Below are positions 42,035-63,549 of a DNA stretch of 64,000 nucleotides, piece by piece. This DNA is from Eledone cirrhosa (taxonomy: Eukaryota). Each line of letters begins with the position of its first letter. Position 1 is the stretch's first letter. The notes beneath the pieces were generated by a model. It saw nothing but the letters and a program-made list of their open reading frames with translations. It ran no database searches and was not told the DNA's origin. A program made the position numbers and the translations under genes. Location: the NCBI GenBank assembly GCA_964016885.1, contig OZ024744.1:77252001-77316000 (forward strand). The letters run 5' to 3'.

Positions 42035-42436
42035 CAATGATATTAAATAAATGGAAACTATATTTATAAAACCATATTTATTTTATTATATATATTTCAA
42101 GGGTACCAAGACAACATTAGTACGCTTTCATCAGATAAAATACAAAGTTTGTTTTATAAAGAGTCATACCCATGAAAAATCATACCTTATCGGTTGGAAA
42201 TTGACTGGATATTTCCAACCGATAAGGTATAATTTTCATGGGTATGACTCTTTATAAAACAAACTTTGTATTTTATCTGATGAAAGCGTACTAATGTTGT
42301 CTTGGTACCCTTGAAATATATATAATAAAATAAATATGGTTTTATAAATATAGTTTCCATTTATTTAATATCATTGAATATTTACTCCAGTAATCAGTTG
42401 AGTGACTTCCAAAAAATTAAATACCCCTTCTACTTA
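42035..42436 (+). mobile_element. ~340-bp hairpin plus tail HHR element
   Basis: Arms 42035-42376; tail to ~42436, then TA/TG repeats. Confidence 0.8.
42271..42330 (+). ncRNA. Minimal hammerhead
   Basis: TTTTAT-CTGATGA-AAGcGTAC..GTACcCTT-GAAA-TATATA-TA-ATAAAA. Confidence 0.65.
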
Positions 42437-42707
42437 TATATTATATATATGTGTGTGTGTTGTGTGTGTCTGTGTGTGTTCATCGAAACTACAGGAGAAT
42501 GAGATCTGTAGAGCATAGTTTAATGTTTGTGACCTGTTCTCATTCATCTATTCTATTTCCCCCTTCCTATCTTCTCTTCCCTCGAGTCAACTTACATCGA
42601 GCCGCTCATCTCTCTCCTTCGAGGTAATGTATTGCCCAACGCCGCTTCGACGGTATTTTGTTGTTTTAACAGCCCCCATACGCCGAGTTTTTTAAATTTT
42701 CCTGAGA

Positions 42708-42764
<57 letters not shown>

Positions 42765-42765
42765 C

Positions 42766-42856
<91 letters not shown>

Positions 42857-42866
42857 CGCACACACG

Positions 42867-42934
<68 letters not shown>

Positions 42935-43193
42935 CAACATGACCCTCCCAAAGTATAACAATATATATATATATATATATATTGTACAAACAACACGGAC
43001 ACTCTATCTCAAAATTATTTTTGAAAAGCATTTAGAAATGCGCAACCGGTAAAAACTTTAAAACTTAAAACCACAACTGAATACTAACCCATACAATCAC
43101 TAATACTCTTTTATCCCTAATTAAAGCATTTTTCAACTGTGGACAATTTGTCAGCATTTTCTATTCCGTTTACCAATATATATATATATATAG

Positions 43194-50201
<7,008 letters not shown>

Positions 50202-50301
50202 CATTTACCCAAAAAGTAGAACTGGTCTACATCATTGGATACAAACGAGGTCGCAGTGACCTTCTCCTAGAGAGATGTCTTAATGAAGACTAGGGGTCTC
50301 T

Positions 50302-50765
<464 letters not shown>

Positions 50766-50801
50766 ATATATTTATATCAGCACTATATTTTTGTTTATAA
50801 A

Positions 50802-50846
50802 GCTCTGATGATTCCTGCCCCACGGTATGGATGAAACATTGTCAGT
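50802..50846 (+). ncRNA. Minimal hammerhead with GUC site
   Basis: GCT-CTGATGA-T-TCC..GGA-T-GAAA-CATTG-TC-AGT; homolog of 16674-16718. Confidence 0.7.
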
Positions 50847-50927
50847 GAATAAAAATTGTATGAGTATGTAAGCGTTCTTTGATTTCTTTCACATATATTT
50901 ATATATATATATATTTATATATATATA

Positions 50928-51073
<146 letters not shown>

Positions 51074-52292
51074 CGTGCGTGCGTGTGTGTATGTGTGTTT
51101 GTAAACATACACATAATGTTTTGATAACATTGATATTTTTTAACCATTATTAGACCAAACCCTGTCTAACTAAGTAACACAATTTGGTGAAGTCTTTGAG
51201 AGATATATATCATTATTTAAACTATAATTTAGGATACTGTGGCCCACTGAAGTAAAAGGAAGTTGTCATTGTCTGAAAGATATTCAGGTGTAGGTGGCTA
51301 CCGGATTTTTCTTGTCCAGGTACCATTTGAAGTTAATGGGAATCATATTCCTCCTTCGTATGTTTCAGTATGATGTTAGAGAGCATGGCTATTTGAGGTG
51401 AAATAGTTCCGTTGTAATGTTGTTATGTAATATAAGCTCGGGTTCTGGCACGGGAGACATAAACCTTGGGGATTTTAAAAGGTGTTGCCACCATCATTTG
51501 GGTAATATTGATAGAATAATTTCAACATCATACAAAAGATGTATCGCCCACGGTGGTGTGGCAGACTTTGAATATTTCACAATCGTTTTATTCTTTTGTC
51601 ATTCAAACACAAACACGCACTCACATACACTCTCTTAGCTCTCACAGAACTTCACGCATTAATACTTACATGACGACTGCAACTCGATTTCGAGTAATCC
51701 CTTCGCTTAATACTTAAGCATGAGCATCACGGACGTGGCTTTTTAGTCCTGCTAGGGACTTGCCTATGGCCAGGACTAACATGCTATATCTGTGTTTGAA
51801 GCTTTTTTAAGTGAGGAAAGGCTTTTGACGGGGTCAATCCCACTCTCTGAACATCGAATGCATTTACCCAAAAAGTAGAACTGGTCTACATCATTGGATA
51901 CAAACGAGGTCGCAGTGACCTTCTCCTAGAGAGATGTCTTAATGAAGACTAGGGGTCTCTTGTTCCACAAAAAAATACTTTATTGGATGACCGTTGACTC
52001 TCTTGAGTTTCTCCGTCCTTTGACAAGCTTTGTTTTTCATCCCGCTGGCTGTCCAAAATCACCTTCCTCATCAAGCAAGCTTGGTGGTGTTGCCGGTTTA
52101 GTCAACGACGACCCGACTATGTACAGGTTGTACTGGGTTACATGTTACCAGTACCGCTGAAGAACAGCCGGACATAAACATGCTTACACGCATAGATACA
52201 TACATATATTCATACATACATACACGCATACACATATACATAAATACATACATATGTACATACATACATGCATATAGGCATACATACATACA

Positions 52293-52326
<34 letters not shown>

Positions 52327-52563
52327 CATACATGCATACATGCATACATGCATGCACGCATGCACACATATATACATACACACAAACGTGCATGCATACA
52401 AACAGATAGACAGACATACAGACAGACAGATAGAAAAATACATGCGCACTTACGGCAATACAAATACTTTGCTTCGGGCGCCTACAGAACATGTACTCAC
52501 ATACGCACACATTTCCCACGCAGGAAGAATAAGCATCGACACGTGTGCAAACACGTACACGTA

Positions 52564-52626
<63 letters not shown>

Positions 52627-53081
52627 CGTGCACCTGCGTGAAAATACGCAAACACAGAGAGAGAGAGAGAGAGAGAGAGAACTAGAAAGAAACTGGATCA
52701 CTCTGTCCGAAGCATAATAGCACTGTTATCAACTCCCTTAGTCACGATGACATGCCAAAAGAGGGTTCAAGCAATTTGACCCCTAAAAACACTACGCTAT
52801 AGAGTTCTGTTGAATGAGGAGGAGGAGGAGGGGGGGGGGGAGAAAGTTCAGGGCTTGACCTTTCACGTGGTAACTCACATTATTGATGGTTTGACCTAAA
52901 ACGAGAAAAACCTTAACGTACCAACTCCGGACAAAAACATAGCGGTGCCAATGACTCGGTAGCTGCCATATTGGAATATATTTTATTCTCTTCCTGCTGT
53001 CCGGAAGTGGCCCTTATCAACCACATCACCTTGCATAAGTATATATATATATATATAGTGTGTATTGTATGTGTGTGTTTA

Positions 53082-53122
<41 letters not shown>

Positions 53123-53134
53123 ATATGTTTTATG

Positions 53135-53201
<67 letters not shown>

Positions 53202-53289
53202 GCATGTATATATACATACATACGTCCCCCCACACACACACATACACACACACATGTATATATACACAACACACATATGTGTGTAGGCG

Positions 53290-53359
<70 letters not shown>

Positions 53360-53400
53360 CAGACGCCCACACACATATATATATATGTCACTGTTGTAAC

Positions 53401-53435
<35 letters not shown>

Positions 53436-53553
53436 ATATACACACACATATGTTTGTGTGGGCGTATGTATGTATATAAACTGTACAATTGCCTCCTGCG
53501 TTTTGTTCGTTCAATTTAACTCTTTGTATATACTATATATATGTGTGTGTGTG

Positions 53554-53601
<48 letters not shown>

Positions 53602-54356
53602 TATACACACACACACACACACACTTAGACACACATATTTCTATATCAAATCATACATGCACACATACATGCATACATGCATATCTACCTATCTACATAC
53701 ATATACATACATACATGCGGAAGTCTGTGAGTATTACATATTTCTTTAGACATATTAATAAACATACTGAGTGTTGTGTTGCTGAGTTCAATTGTAATCA
53801 AGCAGACCTATCATCATACGACATTTCAACCGTGACCATCCCGTTCTATTTTTTTTAATTATTATTTGACCGTTGTTTTTACCAGGTTCATTAACCATGA
53901 AAAAGTCCTTTCGTTTCTACGTTATATGTGCACTCTGTATTACTGAAGTTGTGTGTGTGTGTAGGAGGAGTGTGAGTGTGTGTGGGTGTATGTATGAGTG
54001 AATATGTATGTATGAGTGTGTGTGTGTGTGTGTGTGCGTGCGTGTGTAAGTGTGAGTGCCTATGAGTGTGTGTGTGTGGGGGGGGGGGGTGTGTGTGTGT
54101 GTGTGCCTATGAATGTGTGAGTGTGCCTGTGTATATGTGTGTGTGTAGGAAGCAGGAAATTGTCGTCTGCTGAAGAATAATTGATGCAGCCGGATGGACG
54201 CTGGATAAAGACGCCGTTTGATTTCAATGATTTATGTTGGAATGGAAAGACGAAAGAGAGTGTAAAGAGATTTTAAAAAGGTTGATGACAGAATGAAGGA
54301 GAATGTTAGAGAAGAATGCTTGAGATGCTATAGTAGAGGCAGGGTGAAGAATAAGA

Positions 54357-54483
<127 letters not shown>

Positions 54484-54552
54484 AAGAAGAAGGAGAAGGA
54501 GATGGAAAGAAGGGTTTGGGTGAGTAAATTTTGCCTGACTAACACCAAACGC

Positions 54553-54603
<51 letters not shown>

Positions 54604-54827
54604 AGAAAGAAAGAAAGAACGATGGCAATGTGGGAAATGACGGAGATAAAGAGTACATACAGAGCAGAGCGGGGCGGGAGGAAGAGGAGAACGACAGAAA
54701 GCGAATTGAATGAAAGGAGAAATTAGAAGACAAGAAAGGGAACGAGAAAATTTAAGAGACAAGTGAACGAAGGAAAAGAGAGGAGAGCGAGAGAGAGAGA
54801 GAGAGATGGGAGAGAAAGAGAGAGGGC

Positions 54828-54859
<32 letters not shown>

Positions 54860-54994
54860 TGGGGAAGGGATATACATATATGAGTGTCGTAGTTAAAGAA
54901 GAGAGTAATTATACCAAATATTGTTTTTACTTTTGGCACAAGGCCAGCAATTATTCCAGTGTATTACTGGTACTGAAATCTACTGAGATACATT

Positions 54995-55325
54995 AAAAAA
55001 AGGGTATTGAAGGGTGAGGAGAGGGAAGATATCGTGAACAACAACAACAACAACAATGCAACAACGCAACAACAACAACAACAACAACAACAATGCAACA
55101 ACAACAACAGCAACAACAAAACAGGTATTGAAAGGATGAGAGGGAACATATCCTGAACAACAACAACAACAACAACAATAATAAAAAAAGAGTATTGAAA
55201 GGAGGAGAAGGAAGATATCGTGAACAACAACAACAACAACAACAACAATAAAAAAGAGTATTGAAGGGGGAGGAGAGGGAAGATATTGTGAACAACAACA
55301 ACAACAAAAACAACAACAACAACCA
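54995..55325. repeat. Minisatellite GTATTGAA(A/G)GG..GAGAGGGAAGATATCGTGAA(CAA)n, about 4 units
   Basis: Direct inspection. Confidence 0.8.
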
Positions 55326-55429
55326 TAAAAAAAAAGAAATTGATTGAATAAACCAAGAAAGAGAGGAGAGAGTCAAAACAAAAGAGGGAGAAAGTAAACG
55401 ATAGAGAGCAATTTATAGACACTTTCCTC

Positions 55430-55845
55430 TTCGGTGACGCTCTCATTAACCTTTTTAGATTTCACCTGAAAAGGTTTCACCTGGAAAGGAAAATCAGGGT
55501 GCAGAGGGGAGGTACTACTTTCTAGCCAATTTGTTGAAACGTGGGTGAGAGAAGCAAGAATGGCCCGTGTGAATGGGTACCCTCAGCGTGTGCCTGTAAT
55601 ATTGAAGGACAACTGGGAAAGGGTGCTTGTCCTAACGGTCAGGGTGATCGTCGTTTTTATGGTCTTTCTCCATGATTAACCCTTGGCGGCTCCTCACCTT
55701 GGAGGAATTTTTTTTTTTTTTTTTTAAATGTTTATTTTCTTAATCTGTTATTAATTCTATTTTACACAAACACCTCACACTGTATTGTCCTGTACCGTCT
55801 TTAATGTTTCCTTAATGTGAGCCCTGTGTGACCAATAAAGAAAGT
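55430..55845 (+). mobile_element. Tx1/L1-like 3' end remnant
   Basis: Similar to the reverse complement of 61810-62250 (CCTGGAAAGGAA..GTGAATGGG..; ends GCCC.TGTG.CCAATAAAGAAA). Confidence 0.55.
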
Positions 55846-55877
55846 ATGTATTGTTTTATTTTATTATTATTATTATG

Positions 55878-56250
55878 TTTGGCGGTATCGGTAGAGAGTC
55901 AGACACCATGCTTTGCAGCATAGAGTTATGGCCCTTTACGTTGTGAGTTCAAATCCCGCTGAGATTAACTTTGCCTTTCATCCTTACGGGGTCGATAAAA
56001 TAAAGTACCAGTAATGCACTGGGGTAATTGCTGGTCCTGTGCCAAAAGTAGAAACATTATTATGGTGGATTGGCAGTATCGGTAGAGAGTCGGACGCCAT
56101 GCTTTCCAGCATAGTTACGTCCCTTTACGATCTGAGTTCAAATCCCGCCGAGGGTTACTTTGCCTTTCATCCTTACCGGGTCGATAAAATAAACTACCAG
56201 TAATACACTGGGGTAATTGCTGGTCCTTGTGCCAAAAGTAGAAACAATTA
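55878..56250 (+). mobile_element. Two tandem SINE family A copies
   Basis: Match to the family consensus. Confidence 0.85.
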
Positions 56251-57039
56251 TTATTATTATCTTTTTGTGTGTTTGTGTGAACCAATCATTTCATCAGGCT
56301 GAATTATACAAATCAAATATGGCAGAAATGAAAGGGTATGGTTAACAGGAAGAAAATACACAAATTGTAATGTTTTAATTGTTTTCTTGTATAATTAGTT
56401 GGTCAGATTTGAAAGACCCTTTGTAACAGCCACAGTGAGAATCACTATATGTGATCAGTACTTAGATATACGGCTTTGATAGTAATATAATAATAGTTTC
56501 TTTATTAGACCACACAGTGCTGACATTAAGAAACAAGGACGGCAGGCACAGGGTGATATAAAGTGCAGATTTGCGTGTAAAAAGTGATAACAAGAATCCC
56601 TCCTCGGCTCCCAACAAAAAACATATAAAAGATTGAAAAAAAGAAAATTTCCCAGTATGAACGATGGAGACTTCCGGTAGAGGGATTTTCACGATGGACT
56701 CGGCTAATAACCAGATTTGTCCTACATGTGACAGTAGGGGCTTGACATAAATCCATCAGTCAGTAATACTCGGACACTAAGACGAGTACGTGATGTAGGA
56801 CAGTTTCGTTGCCCTGCGCACATCAGTGTCTGTAAAGTTTATCTCGGTGATGTAGGACAGTTTCGTTGCCCTGCGCACATCAGTGTCTGTAAAGTTTATC
56901 TCGAACCGGCACTGCCCTACTCCTCATTCTGGTAGCACTGTCAGGTCAGGCCAGGTAATCTCTGAGCCGGAACCTCCTCGGAAGGAATTGTTTTCGACAC
57001 AATATGACAGTATATGACAACGCAGATCATCGGTTTCAT

Positions 57040-57200
57040 AGTTTGCGCAAGATGCACCACAACACCACTAGCTTATGCAATAATGGCTCTAGAGTAAGTA
57101 CATATAAGAGAGACGGACTAAGTGAAGAATACTGAAAGACTCCGAAAGGTGATAATTCACTTTGACCACCGAGTAGATGTCCATCCCTGAAGACATCCCT
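57040..57200 (-). pseudogene. Tx1/L1-type RT fragment
   Basis: IYSVVKVNYHLSESFSILHLVR../SPSLLYVLTLEPLLHKL, resembling L1 RT V.VNG.LS.SF...RGVRQGCPLSPLLYVL.LEP. Confidence 0.7.
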
Positions 57201-60200
57201 TGAACTGTTGAACTGTTGAACTGTAGAACTGTCGGACTGTAGAACTGTTGAACTGTATAACTGTCGGACTGTAGAACTGTAGAACTGTTGAACTGTAGAA
57301 CTGTTGAACTGTTGAACTGTTGAACAATAAACTGTAGAACTGTAGAACTGTTGAACAATAAACTGTAGAACTGTAGAACTGTAGAACTGTAGAACTGTCG
57401 GACTGTAGAACTGTAGAACTCTAGAACTGTTGAACTGTAGAACTGTTAAACTATAGAACTGAAGCACTGTAGAACTGTAGAACTGTAGAACTGTAGAACT
57501 GAAGGCCTGTAAAACTGTTGAACTGTAGAACTGTAGAACTGTAAAACTGTAGAACTGTAGAACTGAAGAATTGTAGAGCTGTCGGACTGTAGAACTGCTG
57601 AACTGTTGAACTGCTGAACTGCTGAACTGCTGAACTGTTGAAATGTAGGACTGTAGAACTGTTGAACTGTTGAACTGTAGAACTGAAGGACTCTAGAACT
57701 GTAGAACTGTTGAACTGTTGAACTGTTGAACTGTAGAACTGATTGAACTGTCGGACTGTAGAACTGTAGAACTGTAGAACTGTAGAACTGTAGAACTGTA
57801 GAACTGTAGAACTGTTGAACAATAAACTGTAGAACTGTAGAACTGTAGAACTGTAGAACTGTCGGACTGTAGAACTGTAGAACTGTAGAACTGTAGAACT
57901 GTAGAACTGTAGAACTGTAGAACTGTTGAACTGTAGAACTTTAAAACTGCTGAACCGTATATCTGTAGAACTGTTGAACAATAAACTGTAGAACTGTAGA
58001 ACTGTCGGACTGTAGAACTGTCGGACTGTAGAACTGTAGAACTGTTGAACTGTAGAACTGTTGAACTGTTGAACTGTTGAACTGTTGAACTGTAGAACTG
58101 TAGAACTGTAGAACTGTTGAACAATAAACTGTAGAACTGTAGAACTGTAGAACTGTAGAACTGTAGAACTGTCGGACTGTAGAACTGTAGAACTCTAGAA
58201 CTGTTGAACTGTAGAACTGTTAAACTATAGAACTGAAGCACTGTAGAACTGTAGAACTGAAGGCCTGTAAAACTGTTGAACTGTAGAACTGTAGAACTGT
58301 AAAACTGTAGAACTGTAGAACTGAAGAATTGTAGAGCTGTCGGACTGTAGAACTGCTGAACTGCTGAACTGCTGAACTGCTGAACTGTAGGACTGTAGAA
58401 CTGTAGAACTGTTGAACTGTAGAACTGAAGGACTCTAGAACTGTAGAACTGTTGAACTGTTGAACTGTTGAACTGTAGAACTGATTGAACTGTAGAACTG
58501 TTGAACTGTAAAACTGTAGAACTGTAGAACTGAAGGACTGTAGAACTTTAAAACTGCTGAACCGTATATCTGTAGAACTGTTGAACAATAAACTGTAGAA
58601 CTGTAGAACTGTCGGACTGTAGAACTGTCGGACTGTAGAACTCTAAAACTGTAGAACTGTAGAACTGTCGGACTGTAGAACTGTAGAACAGTAGAACTGT
58701 CGGACTGTAGAACTGTAGAACTGTAGAACTGTCGGACTGTAGAACTGTAGAACTGTAGAACTGTGGTTTCATGTTTATTTCTTTATGTGTGTAGGTAATT
58801 GCACAAGGAACAGTAGTTTACAAATTTCTATTTCGACAGTGAAGCACAATAAACTGTTAAACTATAGAACTGTAGAACTGTTGAACTGTAGAACAGTTGA
58901 ACTGTAGAACTGTAAAACGGTTGAACTGTAGACCTGAACGACTGAAGGACTGTAGAACTGTAGAACTGCTGAACTGCTGAACTGTTGAACTGTTGAACAA
59001 TAAACTGTAGAACTGTAGAACTGTCGGACTGTAGAACTGTCGGACTGTAGAACTCTAAAACTGTAGAACTGTAGAACTGTCGGACTGTAGAACTGTAGAA
59101 CAGTAGAACTGTCGGACTGTAGAACTGTAGAACTGTAGAACTGTCGGACTGTAGAACTGTAGAACTGTAGAACTGTGGTTTCATGTTTATTTCTTTATGT
59201 GTGTAGGTAATTGCACAAGGAACAGTAGTTTACAAATTTCTATTTCGACAGTGAAGCACAATAAACTGTTAAACTATAGAACTGTAGAACTGTTGAACTG
59301 TAGAACAGTTGAACTGTAGAACTGTAGAACGGTTGAACTGTAGACCTGAACGACTGAAGGACTGTAGAACTGTAGAACTGCTGAACTGCTGAACTGTTGA
59401 ACTGTTGAATTGTTGAACTGTTGAACTGTTGAACTGTAGAACTGTAGAACTGTAGAACTGTTGAACTGTATAACTATCGGACTGTAGAACTGTAGAACTG
59501 TAGAACTGTAGAACTATAGAACTGTGGTATCATGTTTATTTCTTTATGTGTGTAGGTAATTGAACAAAGAACAGTAGTTTACAAATTTCTATTTCGACAG
59601 TGAAGCACAATAAACTGTTGAAATATAGAACTGTAGAATAGTAGAATTGTTGAACTGTAGAACTGGATCTGTTGAACTGTAGAACTGTTGAACTGTAGAA
59701 CTGTAGAACTGTAGAACTGTTGAACTGTTGAACTGTAGCACTGTCGGACTGTATAACTGTGGAACTGTAGAACTGTAGAACTGTCGGACTGTAGAACTGT
59801 AGCACTGTAGAACAGTAGAACTGTAGAACTGTCGGACTGTAGAACTGGATCTGTCGAACTGTAGAACTGTTGAACTGTAGAACTGTAGAACTGTGGAACT
59901 GTAGAACTGTAGAACTGTCGGACTTTAGAACTGTAGCACTGTAGAACTGTAGAACTGTAGAACTGTCGGACTGTCGGACTGTAGAATTGTAGAACTGTAG
60001 AACTGTGGTATCATGTATATTTCTTTATGTGTGTAGGTAATTGCATAATTGCACAAGGAACAGTAGTTTACACATTTCTATTTATACAGTGAAGCACAAT
60101 AAACTTTAGAACTGTAGAACTGTAGAACTGTAGAACTGTTAAACTATAGAACTGTAGAACTGAAGGACTGTAGGGACTGATGAACTGTAGAAGAGTAGAA

Positions 60201-61487
60201 CTGTCGAACTGAAGGATTGTAGAACTGTAGAAATGTAGAACAGTAGAACTGTAGAACTGGAGGACTGTAGAGCTGTAGAAGTGTTGAACTGTAGAACTGT
60301 TGAACTGTAGAACTTTAGAACTGTAAAACTGTAGAACTGTAAAACTGAAGGACTGTAGAGCTGTCGGGCTGTCGATCTGCTGAACTGCTGAACTGTTGAA
60401 CTGTAGAAATGTTGAACTGTTGATCTGTTGAACTGTTGAACTGTTGAACGGTTGAACTGTTGAACTGTAGAACTGTCGGACAGTAGAACTGTTGAACTGA
60501 AGGACTGTTGAACTGTAGAACTTTTGAACTGCTGAACTGTAGAACTGTAGAAATGTTGAACTGTAGAACTGTAGAACTGTTGAACTCTAAAACTGTAGAA
60601 CTGTAGAAATGTTGAACAATAAACTGTAGAACTGTAGAACTGTAGTACTGTAGAACTGTAGAACTGTTGAACTGTAGAACTGTAGAACTGTGGTATCATG
60701 TTTATTTCTTTATGTGTGTAGGTAATTGCATAATTTCACAAGGAACAGTAGTTTACAAATTTCTATTTCGACAGCGAAGCACAATAAACTGTAGAACTGT
60801 AGAACTGTTAAACTATAGAACTGTAGAACTGAAGGACTGTAGAACTGTTGAACTGTAGAACAGTAGAACTGTAGAACAGTAGGACTGTTGAACTCTAGAA
60901 CAGTAGAACTGTAGAACTGAACGACTGAAGGACTGTAGAACTGTTGAACTGTTGAACTGTTGAACTGTAGAACTGTGGAACTGCAGAACTGTGGAACTGT
61001 AGAACTGTAGAACTGTAGAACTGTAGAACTGTTGAACTGTAGAACTGTTAAACTATAGAACTGTAGAACTGAATGACTGTAGAATTGTAGAACTGAAGGA
61101 CTGTAGAACTGTAGAACTGTTGAACTGTTGAACTGTATAACCGTAGAACCGTAAAACTTTAGAACTGTAGAACTGAAGGACTGCAGAGCTGTCGGACTGT
61201 AGAACTGCTGAACTGCTGAACTATTGAACTGTAGAACTGTAGAACTGTAGAACTGTAGAACCTTTGAACTGTAGAACTGTTGAACTGTAGAACTGTAGAA
61301 CTGTAGAACTGTTGAACTGTAGAACTGTAGAACTGAAGGACTGTAGAACTGTAGAACTGTAGAACTGTTGAACTGTAAAACTGTTGAACTGTTGAACTGT
61401 AGAACTGTAGAACTGTAGAACTGTTGAACTGTAGAACCGTTGAACTGTAGAACTGAAGGACTGTAGAACTGTAGAACTGTTGAACTG
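57200..61487. repeat. 4.3-kb satellite of 8-mers AACTGTAG/AACTGTTG with an interspersed ~85-bp unit
   Basis: Direct inspection; spacer unit GTGGT(T/A)TCATGTTTATTTC..GAAGCACAATAA near 58764, 59175, 59525, 60005 and 60690. Confidence 0.95.
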
Positions 61488-61772
61488 AGGCGAGCATATA
61501 ATAATGAATAAGCCCCGGAGGTGGAGCGGCTGTTACAGCTGGTGTCGCTAGTAATTGTCTGCGGAAATGCTCTTGCGGTCTTGTCCGCAAATGCAGCCCC
61601 AACACCACCGCTCCCTAGACCTAGAGCCCATCACCCTCCCTCTTCCCCCTCACTATTCTTCTGTGACCCTACGGCCCTACCTTTCCCTTCATTTAAATAT
61701 CTGTAGTGTTGTTATTTGAAATAATTTTGTTTACTTTTTTTTTTTAAATCAATAAAACACTTATTATATCTA

Positions 61773-61809
<37 letters not shown>

Positions 61810-61810
<1 letters not shown>

Positions 61811-62510
61811 TTTCATTTATTAGTCACAAGGGCCGACATGTAGGGGATTATACAAAGACAGGGACAGTGGGGGTTTACAATAAGCTTGAGTAAAAGTGCA
61901 CAATGGCAAGACTAATTTAACAATGAAGATATAAAAATATAAAATAAACTATGCATAAATATAACAAAATAAATTCCCTTGTTGGGGGTGGACGACCATG
62001 GGGGTGACTCGGGTACCCCACCAATCCTGAACTGCCCTGCGCTTCTAGGGCACCCGGGGAGAGCACCCCTGTCCTTATCAAATTAGCTAGCCTATAGGCG
62101 CATGGTCAGAGTAGGCCCATTCACACGCTACATTCATCCACCTTTTAGCAAATGTACTGGGGGGCAGCACTTCTTTCTCCACCCTCACCTTCCTTTCCAG
62201 GAGAAACTTGAATGAGGGATTGGCCGAAGAGATAAGTGTCTGTCTTCAGTGTTTTCAATCTGGTCCACCATACAACCTCTTTCGCAACTGCCACCAGACA
62301 GAGGAAAATTTCATGCTCTTCCTGACCCAAGGAAGGCGGCGGGTCGATCTTCATTATGGACTCGGCCGATAGCCGGATCCGTTCTACACGCGACAACAGC
62401 TGATCGGAAATAACTCCACAAGTCAGTAATGCACGGTCTTTGGACAAGTGCGCGAAAAACGGTTTCGTCGCTCTGTGCGCATCTCGGGCAGGTCCGTCTG
62501 ACAGCACTTC
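61810..62510 (-). pseudogene. Tx1/L1-like ORF2 C-terminus and 3' end with (TTA)n tail
   Basis: RTCPRCAQSDETVFRALVQ..LWSY (degenerate zinc knuckle), EIFLCLVAVAKEVVWWTR; adjacent (TAA)n tract. Confidence 0.75.
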
Positions 62511-62511
62511 C

Positions 62512-63085
62512 TATGTCTACGTCATTTTTATTTTATCTGTTTATTTATTTATTTTTGTCCTCTTCTCTGCGGATGCGTTTGAGTGTGTGTATCGTGTTTG
62601 ATGTGTGTGTTCGCGTTTGGGTGACTGTTTTGGTTATTGTATTCTATCTCAGTCACCAAAACGCGAACACACACCAAACACGATACACACACGCAAACGC
62701 ATGCGCAGAGAAGAAGACAATAATAAATAAATAAATAAACAGATAAAATAAAAATGGCGTAGACATACAATACAACAGGAGGAAACATAATAGTACCACT
62801 GATGATGTTGCAGATGTGCAACGAAAGAACTTTGTTAGACTATATATATATGTATTTATATCTGTATTTTTGACCATTGGTCAGTCAATGATGAACATTG
62901 AGGACCAAATGAATTAACTATGGAGATATAAAAGATACAGAATCGAAAACCAACCATACAGTGACTGTGTTCTGTTATTATTTCTGGCAATATTATTGCA
63001 ACAATATGACCCCCCCCCCCCCAAGTATAACAATATCTGTTTCGACACACGATTTCATATCAAAAACCTCGCAAAACATATATTT
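62512..63085 (+). mobile_element. Hairpin (62512-62767) plus HHR (62792-62841) plus tail element
   Basis: Inverted arms; CTGATGA-T-GTTGCA gatg TGCAAC-GAAA-GAAC-TT; tail related to the 31082 family. Confidence 0.75.
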
Positions 63086-63307
63086 GTGACAGTGTCTACA
63101 AAGATCTGCCAAGATGTTTTGATGTTGGTTGAAATGTGTGCGTGTGTAAAAGACTAGTCAACATGTGATAGTTCATAATTGCATCCCAGTTGGCATTATA
63201 GAGATCCATGTTATCAAATGGGTGGGCTGGAAAGAGGTCTCTGGGATTAGCTTTCGGCTGGTGGAATCTCAGTTCTGTCCTACGCCATCTTGTTTTTGTG
63301 TGTGTTA

Positions 63308-63440
63308 GATAGGACTAGACATAAGATAGGGAAAGCCACCTCATGATACGACAACCAGAGATACGAGAGTGTCATGTTCGTGGACGCTACCCCTGGAGGG
63401 AAATTAGCTAACCAGTGTAGAAAGGCCCTGAGAAAGACCC
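63308..63440 (+). pseudogene. Penelope-like element ORF fragment (region between RT and endonuclease)
   Basis: DRTRHKIGKATS*YDNQRYESVMFVDATPGGKLANQCRKALRK resembles the PLE motif K..WY....YE.VLFV.ATPG..L (from memory); lies between short inverted repeats at 63279-63305 and 63438-63462. Confidence 0.6.
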
Positions 63441-63506
63441 ACACAAAAACAAGATGGCGTAGGACGGAACAAAGGAGAGGCACAAAAACAAAGAAAAGAA
63501 TCCCCA

Positions 63507-63549
63507 GTCACTGAAGAGGTCACAGAATGTGTGACGAAAGAACTTTGAC
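63507..63549 (+). ncRNA. Minimal type I hammerhead (homolog of 31423-31467)
   Basis: GTCA-CTGAAGA-G-GTCACA gaatg TGTGAC-GAAA-GAAC-TT-TGAC. Confidence 0.8.

Noticed and set aside
51130-51600. Possible degenerate LINE RT on the minus strand
   Set aside because: Too many stops and only vague motif resemblance to support by eye
56790-56903. 57-bp tandem duplication with CTGATG..GCAACGAAACTGTC on the minus strand, as a hammerhead
   Set aside because: A9 is missing and stem I does not pair after the putative GUC; at best a decayed relic
57200-61487. CRISPR-like or telomeric array; ORFs with (SSTVLQFY)n
   Set aside because: The spacers are copies of each other, there are no cas genes, the context is eukaryotic, the unit is not TTAGGG, and the ORFs arise from an 8-mer lacking stops in some frames
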